Below, piece after piece: positions 34,219 through 44,688 of a stretch of DNA of 64,000 bases. Location: NCBI GenBank assembly GCA_048772705.1, contig JBLWGC010000194.1:62001-126000 (forward strand), given 5' to 3'. The stretch is from Leidyana gryllorum EB-2025a. Its lineage: Eukaryota > Protista > Apicomplexa. A program made the translations under genes and the position numbers. Position 1 is the first letter of the stretch. Each line of letters starts with the position of its first letter. The notes under the pieces were generated by a model, which saw nothing but the letters and a program-made list of their open reading frames with translations, was not told where the DNA came from and made no database searches.

Positions 34219-36911
34219 ATGAGCGCCGATAGACGCCGTGCGGCCTTCGCATATCGCTCCGTATTCGACTTCGCGGAGGTGATGGAACATTTCATACAAC
34301 CAAACGTGTTGGGTAAAGAACATGTTGATCGGTTGCTCCGTGCATGTGCTGAGTACCCACTTTCGGGCCTGGAAGATATCTCTGTTGTACCTGATTGGCC
34401 TGAGATCGTTCCAAGTCTCCCGCAAGCTGCCTATCAAGTGCTCCGAGACCTTAACTTCCGCACATGCACTCTGCAACTTGTTCACGAGAGCCTCAGTGGA
34501 CGTGAGTGGTTTATCTCCATAACAGCTTCTCACGTGATATCGGACCCCTAATGTATGCAGGTGGTGACTCCAAGAAGCTGCTTCTACGACTTCAAGACGG
34601 CCTTGAAGTGGAAACCTGCATTATGCGGTATGGCTCTGACGAGGCGTCGGTGAGTCACTGTGATGCATATGTTTAACGTCTTGTGATACGTCTGTTCATT
34701 GTCTACGGTCGCTCCGTTTATCTCTCGGAGACGTCTCATTATTGCTTCTGCGGCGTTTAATTGTTGTGTATCTCAACAGGGGCACCGCAAAGACGAGTCT
34801 GGTCACCTCCACTTCAACAGTCGACGTAGAGCGACAGTTTGTGTTTCATCGCAAGTCGGTTGTCGGATGGGATGCACCTTCTGTGCGACGGGGACGCTGC
34901 AAATGCGCGGTAATCTGACTGGTGGCGAGATTTTGGAACAGATTCTGTTGGCGAATGCGATTGAGCGTCGCGACAGACTCACTGATGATCCGACCGAAGC
35001 GGCGGACCCCTCTGTAAAGAAGTCCATCCGCAATGTTGTCTTTATGGGCATGGGGGAGCCGTTGGACAATTACCGGGAGGTGATGCGTTGCGTAAGGTGA
35101 GCGACGCCGTCGGCCGACCCCAAAGATTATCTGTCTCTCTTTAGGTTGCTGACGAGTTCGCGGATCATTTCCGTTGCGCCGTACCGGGTAACCCTGTCCA
35201 CCGTTGGGTACTCCCCGTCGCGCATCAAAGAGTTGATCAAGGACGCCCCAAAGATCTCGCTGGCACTCTCACTTCACGCACCAACGCAGGAGTTGCGCGA
35301 TCAGATTGTTCCCACCTCCAAAGTGAACAAGTTGGAGTCCATTCTGGAGGCTTGTTATGAGTTTGTGGATCATCAACGCTCGTTGTCCAAATCCAATCAG
35401 AAGCGTCAGAATCTGCTGGTCGAGTATTGTGTGATTTCGAACACGAACGACTCGGACGAGACTGCGCATCAATTGGGTCGACTCCTGGAACCGTACAAGG
35501 AGAAAACGATGTTAAATTTGATTCCATACAATAAAACAGACGTGGGACGCCCGTTAGAGTAAGCGACCGTCCGAAAATGACACCCCCGTCACTCTTCAAT
35601 GACGCAGAACTCCATCACCTCAAAGGGTCACGGCATTCCATCAGATCGTTCGCGGATACGGAATCCCGTCATTTGTTCGACAAGAATTCGGGGCTGTAAG
35701 TTTCTTTAGTGTGACGCATCATCGCTCCGCCTTGGCAGGACATTGATGGAGCGTGCGGCCAATTGGCATCGAAACACTCCATGGACACCGTGTCGGAAGA
35801 CGCCCCCGACATGGGGTGTGTCGGTACGAATGCCTCGATGGTGAGCGATCATGCCCGGTACGAGGACGTACCTACCGACGGCCGCGATACCAATCTGAAT
35901 GACTTCCAATCGGTGGAAGAAGCAGAAGCTGATGAGGAAGACGGAGAAGACGTCGACCGAATCCCCCAACAGATTGGAGAAGGCGCACAGTCAAACCCAA
36001 CCATTCCAGCAGGAGAAGAAGAAGAAGGAGAACAGTGCGTGGACGGGGAAATCGTGGAGGATCAACTCCACGACATCGAACGAGATGGAGCCCTCCCCGT
36101 CGCCAGCGAACTTGACACTCAACAGCACCCCGCAATCGAAGTTCATCAAGTTGTGCTTTCACCCCCAATTCTACAAAAGACCCCCAACACACTCCAGCAA
36201 GAAGAGAACGGTCCCTCATCGGAAACTCTAGCTGAGTCTGAACTCCCGGAGAAAGAGCCACCACTATCAGAACGCTCGTGTCTCTCCGGTAGTGGCCAGC
36301 CTCAGCACTCTCCCGAGGATCATCCAGACGAGTCTGGCCTGCCCACAACGCAACCGCCACCAATCGAAGGCACACACGAAAATTATGCGACCCCTCCAAG
36401 CGTTGATCAAGGTTTCGCCACAACGGAGTATCAACACGAAGGAAGAACAGAAGTTGTGGAAGCGGAAAGTACCGAACAGCAACCCACTGGATCCGATCGC
36501 CCGGCCCCGGATTCCAGCGAGTTTGTCTGTACTGACGATCTTCCGAAAAGAGAATCAGAAAATAATGACAATGACTTGAAGACTGTTGTCAACCAACGAT
36601 GCCCGTCCAAAGATTCTCTTCGGGAATCTATCTCGGACAATAAAGGCGATCATGGGCAAAAACTCGAAGACCGACCCACCTGTCCGCAAGATGAAGCAAA
36701 GAGCGAAAGCAGTGCGAAGGTTGACTCCGCTGCCGATCTGTACCGGTCAATGGACAACTCTGTAGTCGAAATGGCTAGTAAAGCGTCACCTGTTGCTGGC
36801 TCCGCAGCACCTTGGCGGACAGTGGTATGTGTGGCAGTAGGCGGCTGTGCAATTGTAGTCACAACTATTTGCGTTGCACGAGCCTTACGGGCACGACGAG
36901 CACGCTCGTAA
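34219..36911 (+). CDS. rlmN: RlmN/Cfr-family radical-SAM RNA methyltransferase with ~380-aa acidic extension and C-terminal transmembrane anchor (6 exons)
   Basis: KLLLRLQDGLEVETCIM, TVCVSSQVGCRMGCTFCATG (CxxxCxxC), NVVFMGMGEPLDNY, LALSLHAP, LNLIPYN, VRQEFGA|DIDGACGQLA. Introns ~34502-34560, 34650-34779, 35098-35145, 35559-35607, 35696-35738. The frame continues without a stop into ORF 35763-36911. Confidence 0.92.
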
Positions 36912-36964
36912 ATTGAAATAGTTAGCGATCGCGCGCGTTTGCGTGTGTCTTCTACTGTATATGG

Positions 36965-38360
36965 ATGGACTACGAACATGAACCTGATCCTCTATTCGCC
37001 GGGTCTCGACCCACCTTCCAGTCCGTCGCCGATGCCGCCTCAAACGCTCAGACGAGCTCACAGGCTGCTTTGCGCGAGGGACAGGATGAACGAGATGCAC
37101 TCCAGCAGCAGCATTTGGCGGAACACCTTTTAGAGGAAGACCTGGCTGAAGCGGCCGAGCGTGAAGCCGCACGCCGGGAAGAGGAGGAGGAACAGCTCCA
37201 CGCAGCTGAAGAAGCGGGAAACGGCTGGCTGTCGCATACAACAGGCGGCTGGCTCAAATTGAGTCGCCAGTCCAAGAATACTGTTCCCGATGCCCTTCTA
37301 GCGCAGGCCAGGGGCCGCGATCGGTCCAAAGAAGGCGCCAACACATGGCATTCACGCTTGTCCATGGGGGAGCACGGAGCCGCCGCATACTCAGTGCTCG
37401 GCGGATTTCCTCAGGGAACTTCCGAGGCATGGTGAGCCGATACTTGAGCAGTGTGTGATGCAGATATCAGCAATGCGCCCCGTGAGGGTTTGCCTTCAAA
37501 AGTGTCCTTCTGTGACCCGGAGGCTGTTGTCGCTGGTACCGATGAGGACTTGGATCTGGTGATGGAGTCTCTGCAGATCTTCCAAGAGACTGCCCTGCGT
37601 ATTGAGGATTGCCACGAGCTGCGTCCAGATGCAAACTCCGCAAGAACCTCGTACTTCTTCGGAATGGTCATTTGGGGCCCGAACAAACCAGTAGGAGCTT
37701 CATTGAAGACCGCCGTCAACGAAACCTTCGAGCGTTGGCCATTGGGACACTATCAGGACGATTTTACGTACAATCCTTGTGATGATTCGATCCTTGCTGC
37801 CTTTGATCTGTCCAGACCGGGACATTACTACGGCGCTCTCAAAGGTAGGGACAGTGATTTCCGCGATTCTTATTGCCTTCTGTTGATAGTATCGGATTTG
37901 GTCTCTACGAAACTCCCGGAAAGCATTTTGAATGAAATACTTTACGCTTGGGATCACGGTAGGGTCGCTTTCGTCAACTCACAGAGTATTGAATCGATCA
38001 GAATTGAATACTCCCTCTCTGCGTCCATCAGAAGCTGTTGGGATAGCGCTTGGGACACTGCGACAATACCTCACACAAGAAAGTAAGATCCGAGTGCCTG
38101 AATCGATTGCAAAACTCTCTGCAGTTCGAAGTCCGCGACAGCGCAGTCAGCTGATTTTGGTTGTGATAGTCAATTCCCTGGTTCTATTGTTGTTTGCCGT
38201 GATGATGGGGAAAGGAATGAGCTCAGCTACGAAAACTCAGGCTACCGGTCAGAACACGACGAAAGAGAGCGAGCCGCGCGCAAGCGGGCGGAGGAGAGGT
38301 CGCAGACGTCGTCAGACCGAGAGAGAATCGTCTGGAGCTGATTTGATTGAGACTATTTGA
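36965..38360 (+). CDS. MOLO1/TPM-domain-like single-pass membrane protein
   Basis: Introns 37432-37470 and 37959-38001 (and possibly 38083-38124) give FPQGTSEACNAPREGLPSKVSFCDPEAVV...FERWPLGH...CDDSILAAF, resembling MOLO1 motifs (CDP, WxLG, CDDxVL). A C-terminal TM (LILVVIVNSLVLLLFAVMMG) and basic tail follow. The N-terminus is uncertain. Confidence 0.6.
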
Positions 38361-38432
38361 TGGTTAGTTGGCATATGTTTTTAGATTTGATTGAGACTAT
38401 TTGATGGTTAGTTGGCATATGTTTTTAGATTT
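38340..38432 (+). repeat. Perfect 44-bp tandem duplication spanning the stop codon of the upstream gene
   Basis: gatttgattgagactatttgatggttagttggcatatgttttta occurs twice in tandem. Confidence 0.9.
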
Positions 38433-38705
38433 TGTTCCAATGAAGACGTTTGCTTTCAAGTGACTGAGTATAAATGAAGCTTCGGTGTGAGAAATATAGA
38501 AGCATTGTCAAAGGTCTGATACTTAATTGGTCAACGAATTAGGAGTTGTTCTAATCAGAACTGCGAGAGCAGATCTGAATCCAACTGTAAGCTTTGGAAT
38601 ATGAAATTTCCAGATTGAGCCATTGAGGTCTTGAAAATAAATCCCAGTGAATTAGATCTCCCCTGACAGCGTGGGCTGCTGTCATTAAGTTTAAGTCCAT
38701 CATTG

Positions 38706-40858
38706 TCAGCATATTCCTTCTCCTTCGCGGTAGAAAGTGTATCTTCCATTTTCCAAGTATTCAAAGAAAGCGCGTGACATGTCAAGAATATTCATATTAT
38801 CATCAACATCGTAGATATTTAGAGTTCCGTTACCGCCCCAGGGATTGACCGGGACCCACGGTATAGTGTAAAAGCCATATGCGAAAGTGGCTAATCCTCC
38901 GGCTTGGATGCGCCTTGGTTCGTGGGTATGGCAGCCTCTGGGTCTCGAGTGTACACCGCAAGCCTCCTCAACAGCAACTTGGCTCATGATCTCCTGAATT
39001 TTCAGCAAGTTCAACTCGCCACCGAAGAGCGTCGTTGGGCGTGCCATCGCAGATGTGGGTTCCATCGCCCATCGCATCAAGTGCTTGATATCATATGCAC
39101 GAAGAACGGGAGTCAGACGAATCATATAGGTAGCAACAGCCCCCACGAAGGCCGCTGCATGATTGGTGTTGGTGGATTTGCCATAATGAGTCGCGGAGCG
39201 GAGACTCTCGTCTTCGAAATCCGCCTCAGGAGAGGCAACAGCCATTTTGAACGAAGGATCGGTAGTTGTGAGGATGTCAGCTGCTGGTGCTCCCAGAGTC
39301 ACACAGTTTTCGCCGTAGTTGGAGGTGCTCAAGCGAGCACCTCTTTCAGTGGTTCCAGCGACTGTGATGAAGTTTGGATAGTTCCAGCAGGCCGGGTACA
39401 CATAGCCGGTTCTACTGGTTGGACCCACAGAGCGTCCCTCATTGCCGGCTCTGTGCACCGCAAGGACGCCGGCATCGTGCAACGCACCGTAAGCAGCCTG
39501 AGACACCATGTCTGGTACCTTTACGGTGGACGACCATTCAGAGTGGCTGACAGAATAAGCGAATGAGGCAAAATAAGGTGTGAGAGGGGCTTACAGATGG
39601 ACAGTGACCCTGGCATTGATAGACAGAGCCCAGTCGATGCATTCGGCGATATTGTTGCTGGTGGCAGCTGTTCCCCAACTGCACACCGCCAACTTGACGC
39701 CATTGCGGGTGACGGAGGACACTCCCAATCGATTGGCATTTGTGGCAGCTATAACGCCGGCGCTTTCGGTGCCTTCCCGGCCAGTAGCGTTGGGCTTCTG
39801 TCCGGTTTTGTAACCTGCTGTCCAGCCATAAATGTCGTCAATGTAGCCGTTCTTATCATCATCGACCCCAGGTTTGCCGTTCAACTCAGCTTCATTGACC
39901 CAAATGTTCTGCTGGAGGTCGGGATGCTCGAACCAGATTCCAGGACATATGATGACCATGACAGGGACTTTCGGGAACACGCCGTCCCCATGGCGATAGA
40001 AGAGCCTATACACTTCCCTGCACAACACATAACAAGACCGCTTGACGCTGGAACTCACTTCAGGTGCCACTGCTGATCGAAGTACGGGTCGTTTGAAGCA
40101 CTAAAGCGAGCGGAAGTCTCATCCAGATCGTCGAGCTCCATCTCAGGCTCAGAAGGAGTGTAGCCAAAGTGTTCATTCACCATGTCGTCCATAGACATGA
40201 GTAAGCGTCGTTGACTCTCCCTTGCAACCTCTTCTGGAATCTCTTCGACTTCTCCGTCTTCTTCCTCTGCAACTTCAATCCTCTCGATTTCAAAGTTAGA
40301 TTTCAAGAAGAACACATCATCTTGGAGATCGACAGCGGAACAATCTTCAATCACTCCCCCGTAATCGACTCTAATGATCCGAATGTATTTCATGATCCTA
40401 ACAGTGGGCACACATGCTCTCGATCTCGCAACCCGTCGGGTGTAGTGGCACTCGCCATCGTCTTCAGCCATACAGCTTTGGGCCCAGTGAATTTTCTCTG
40501 CCGATAAGTCCTGGTTTGCAGCCATTCTCAGGTACAAAGTCGGTAGAGCCTTGGGACTGCCGCTTCCCAGCGCGTCTTGTACTCCCCGAGCAAGTTGGTC
40601 ATCGAAAGATAGGGTTCTGCTTCGCGCAAAAGGATAACCACCTCCCGGAGCTGGAACAGCTGTTGCATCGGTTGGGAGGGTTTCATTGAAGTAAGCCGCC
40701 GCGTTGATTGTCTTTTTGTATTTGTTTTGGACAGCAAAGAGACCCAGTGAGTGGTGCTCATTGGTGTACCAAGGCATCATCAGTGGTTGAATTATTCGCA
40801 TCTCAGCCTCACACTGTGGGGCTAAGAGGGAGAAGAGAAGAGTTGTCAAGAGTTTCAT
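38706..40858 (-). CDS. Secreted subtilisin-like (S8) pseudoprotease 1, 3 exons
   Basis: Signal peptide MKLLTTLLFSLLAPQCEA; prodomain; NDPYFDQQWHL; HPDLQQNIWVNEAELNGKPGVDDDKNGYIDDIYGW; RAGN; YPACW. Introns 40018-40058 and 39547-39594. Triad positions read IICPG, REGT, TNTNH. Confidence 0.88.
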
Positions 40859-41189
40859 CGTGCTCGAAGCTTTGATTCGAGATCGGCCGACTTTCTCAAT
40901 TGCGAGCGGAAAGGTGGTCGCACACACATTTGTGTGCGCCTAAGTCTGGCTTTTGGTGTTATTTACATAACGTTCGTTGACTCGACGTGCGCGTTCTTGC
41001 GTTCCGTCAAAGCGTCCATCGCGAAACACTCAAGAGTGGGTGCCTATTTCTCTTGCACAAAGCATGATCGGACGGCCGGTCATTTCTCAGTTGGGAGTGT
41101 TTGAGTAGTACTAGACCACCCTGTAGCGACTAATTTACCTCTGTCACGGCAAGCCTTGCTCAGCAGGTCGCTTTTGTTATCCGCTGATC

Positions 41190-41260
41190 ACAAGCGATAC
41201 TGACTACTTGTCTCGGCGCAAGTGTTCGTTGAGACAAGCGATACTGACTACTTGTCTCGG
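41190..41260. repeat. 27-bp direct repeat (44-bp spacing) with internal hairpin
   Basis: acaagcgatactgactacttgtctcgg at 41190-41216 and 41234-41260; GAGACAAG-N12-CTTGTCTC inverted repeat at 41231-41258. Confidence 0.8.
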
Positions 41261-41594
41261 GCAATTGGTGCGTCACAGTTATAAAGACTGTGAGTGATTG
41301 CTGTTAGAACTGACGGTCGGATTGATATGTTAGTGTTATTGTGCCCAATGTATTTATTACAAACACACGTTGATTCAATGCTTTCAGTTGTTGTTCTAAT
41401 TCAGTCTGAAGATTCATTTTCGTTGGCAAGAGATGGCCTTGTATGGTGCCTTCAATGTCTGGGACAATGAAGGAAGCGAATTAGGTGCCACGAGCGGCAC
41501 AGTCAATGACGATTGCAGTAGTAAAGAGATTAGTGGAGCGAGCCAATGTCTAATGAAAGCGAATTTCCTTTAATTTCGTCGGGGTACAAGTAAA

Positions 41595-43740
41595 TTACTT
41601 CATTGCTCGGCCAGATAATTCTAGGGCCAACTCTTTAAAATCAATGTCGAATAGATCTTGGTCATCATCACAAGCTGTCATTCCCTCATATTGGTAAAAC
41701 TCCCAAGTTTGATTGTAGAAATGATTGAACACCGCTTTAGATCGCCCCAATTCGCGCATCCGATCTCCGTTGACGTGATGGGCGATGAACTCGCCTTCGA
41801 GTTCTTCGATTTCACCCTCGATGGCTGCAGTAACGAAATAGTAGTTGGTCGATTGGCCGGGCCCCAGCAGTCTTGGGGTGATGTGCTCATAGGTCAAGCC
41901 CCCAAAGGCCCGGTTGAGCAGGGCGACGAGGTTCTCAGGTTCCATGTAGCGCCACACTTCGATGCCTTCCGGCCATCCACCATATTGGGTTTGGCTGGCG
42001 CCAGGCTTACTACGCGCGGCATGTCGGAAGATTGCGTCGAGGTCGTAAGCGTTGACGTATGGCTTGTATTGCATGATATTTAGGGCCCACCCCGCCAGCA
42101 TGGCTGCGCCGTACCGATGGTCGCTCTTAGTTGTATATTCGTCCCACTGGCCCGCGAAGTAACGGTGAGCAATGGTTGTGATCCCAGCCCCAGGACCCAT
42201 AGTCTTGATGGCAGGGCCCGTGTCAGCATTATTCACCCGAGCGCCGTTCTGGTCGTAAGTGCCCACAACGAAGTGATTGGGGTACTTCCAGCATGCCGGA
42301 TAAGAATAGGCGGTACCACTGCAGGTGACCACCTTGTTCTTGTTGTCTGCCGGCATGAAGATCGGCTTCCCCATCTCCGCCCACCGATCAAAGGCGGCCT
42401 TGTGATCCGCACTGATCGTCTGCGGCGTGGTGGAGGACCAAGCGTTGCTGAGAAGAAACAATGGATGAAGAATTACGCACAAACACCTCCTTACTCGTAT
42501 ACGATGACATTAGCTCCCACTTTTTCCAGGAACTCGAAGCACTCCCGATCATAGGCGTCGCTCGTCTTGTTTGTGATGTCGTGATACCGTTGGCAATGGA
42601 CCACGTCGACATTGTAGCCGACCATACCAGCGATGCCGATCCCGTTGTTCCATAGAGCCCCGAGAATTCCTGACAGTTCAGCGCCGAGCGGAGACACCCC
42701 ATATGGCTGTTGACCGACCATACCAGCGGTCCATCCGTACATGTCATCGATATATCCATTTCCATCATCGTCGACTCCTGGCATGCCGTAGTGCTCCGCA
42801 TAGTTGACCCAGTGGTTGCCAACAGGCGGTTCCCGGCTGTGGGTGGCCCAGTCCATCATATCGTCATGGGGAAGATCAGTTCCAGTGCTGATTATACCGA
42901 CGCGGGGTGTGAAGTGCGGGCCGTAGTTCCGAACCATATATTGGAAGTGCCACAAGTTGCTGTCGAAGAGAAATCATACATTTGAGTGTGAGCTAATGAA
43001 TAACCTCACCCGTGGTCCATATACCACTGCGATCCTCTCAGTGGATCGTTGGGCCACTGTAGCACGCGACTCTGTGAGACTGCTGTTGGGTCCTGCAGCA
43101 GCCGTTCCATGAGCAGATTGGCTTGACCATTTCTCGCGTTGTCCACCCTGATGCTGGTTATGGGCAGCACCGTTGATATGTACTCGAGGTCAGCTTGAAT
43201 GTCTTCGCGACGGCAATGGACAAAGTTGTTAGCATAGTCGAGAAGAATCAATCTCAGACTTGTGGTCGTGATGACTTCCGGGCGACATTGCGAGCCTTCC
43301 TCCCACTCGCCAAACCCACAATCCTCAGCGTGCATGTACAAGCATCTTCTGACCTCCCCGATCTTCTCCGAAAAATCCTCGTCGAACTCCGGCCGGGCGT
43401 AGCGCAGAAGCAGTCCTTTGCCCTTTCCTAGATGCTCCTTCGTTGGGTTGTAGAGTTCACCAACCATTTCGGCCGCCTGGGAACGTAATGCGGGCTTTTC
43501 CAATGGAAGGCGGACTGCGGTATTCAACCATTTCTCTCTGGTTGACGACGGCTTAATTGTGCGGTTGTAACTTATAGTAAGATTCGCGAACTCTGTTCCG
43601 ACATTCCGGATCTTCAGCAAGACTAGTTTCACCCCCTCCGCATAAGTCGGCATTTGTACCAGAGGAGCCATAGTCATCTTGAATGGAGATTCTGCCAGAC
43701 ATCCCACGGCAGCTATAATTGTAGTGGCTAACCACTTCAT
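41595..43740 (-). CDS. Secreted subtilisin-like (S8) pseudoprotease 2, 3 exons
   Basis: Signal peptide MKWLATTIIAAVGCLA; PNDPLRGSQWYM; GVDDDGNGYIDDMYGW; NNGIGIAGM; PADN; YPACW. Introns 42960-43009 and 42448-42494 sit at approximately the same positions as in paralog 1. Triad positions read IISTG, PLGA, SDHRY. Confidence 0.88.
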
Positions 43741-43892
43741 TGTCAAGAGAAGTAGAAATCCGAATCGAGAGAGATCAAAACAATTCCGCAACCAATACCG
43801 CCGCACACGTCTCCCTGTCCCTCGAATCCCGTTTATTTGGCGGTGTGCGCCAATCCCCCGGAGTCAACAAACGCATCATTCAACCCGCTCTC

Positions 43893-44480
43893 TCATCGAA
43901 TCTCGCAGCACCCACACATTCTGCTGGGGGGCACATCCGTTCTCACGCTGGGGGCCAGAGAGAGACTGTAAGCTCTATCAAGTGCGGCACACAACGACTT
44001 TTGGCGGTGCGATGCCAACACCTCGATGCCGTGACTCACGGCCCTCAGTTTGTGGAACGATGTCTCACGATCGTCAACACGAGCGGGACCGGTGAGCGGG
44101 CGGGTCTGTGAGGGGATGGGTAGCGTCGGCAAACTTTGATTTTGTACTGTCGACCTTCCTGCTGGTCTCACTATTGGGCAACAAGTCATCACACAAAGGT
44201 CACACAAATATCGAATGTGAGTCCACACCGTGATGGCTGCTGGTGGTGGCTGAGGGCTGGGCTCTATCAGGTTGCCTGCAATCAGGTTCTCTGCCTCTTC
44301 TACCTCGATCGCTTCGATCAGAGGATCGTTCGACAGCATCGGGCCCGACGTCGTCTGATGTAGGTGGTCCACCCCACTCGAGCGGCCATCAGACAGTCCG
44401 TTCGAAGAGAGCGCCGAGGTGCGTTGAGCCGTCTCTGCCGACGCTCTCCGAGAGGGCGGTCCAGGCATGTGTGGATGCAT
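43893..44480 (-). CDS. Possible small hypothetical protein (low-complexity, with Cys cluster LCDLCVMTCCP)
   Basis: A 195-aa ORF fills the gap between the LARP and subtilase genes. No recognisable domain; boundaries uncertain. Confidence 0.3.
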   Translation of the reverse strand: MHPHMPGPPSRRASAETAQRTSALSSNGLSDGRSSGVDHLHQTTSGPMLSNDPLIEAIEVEEAENLIAGNLIEPSPQPPPAAITVWTHIRYLCDLCVMTCCPIVRPAGRSTVQNQSLPTLPIPSQTRPLTGPARVDDRETSFHKLRAVSHGIEVLASHRQKSLCAALDRAYSLSLAPSVRTDVPPSRMCGCCEIR

Positions 44481-44688
44481 GTGTGGCGGAGTGTCACTGT
44501 GGGGGTGTGTGATCTGGTGCGGTCCACATTTGGCCAGTCTGGTCCCCAGTGGGGACGGCCTTTCATGATTTTTTGTTTATTTATTGTTTGATCATCTAGC
44601 AAGGGATAGAGAAATGGTAGGATGGAGATAAATAACGAAAAAAGAGGAGAGGAGTAGCAAGGAGAATGTGGTGATCTTCTTCTGGCCG

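Noticed and set aside
34219-35770. Cfr antibiotic-resistance methyltransferase or bacterial contamination
   Set aside because: The gene has five spliceosomal introns and an RlmN-type MGMGEPL motif in a eukaryotic context; nothing specifically indicates Cfr.
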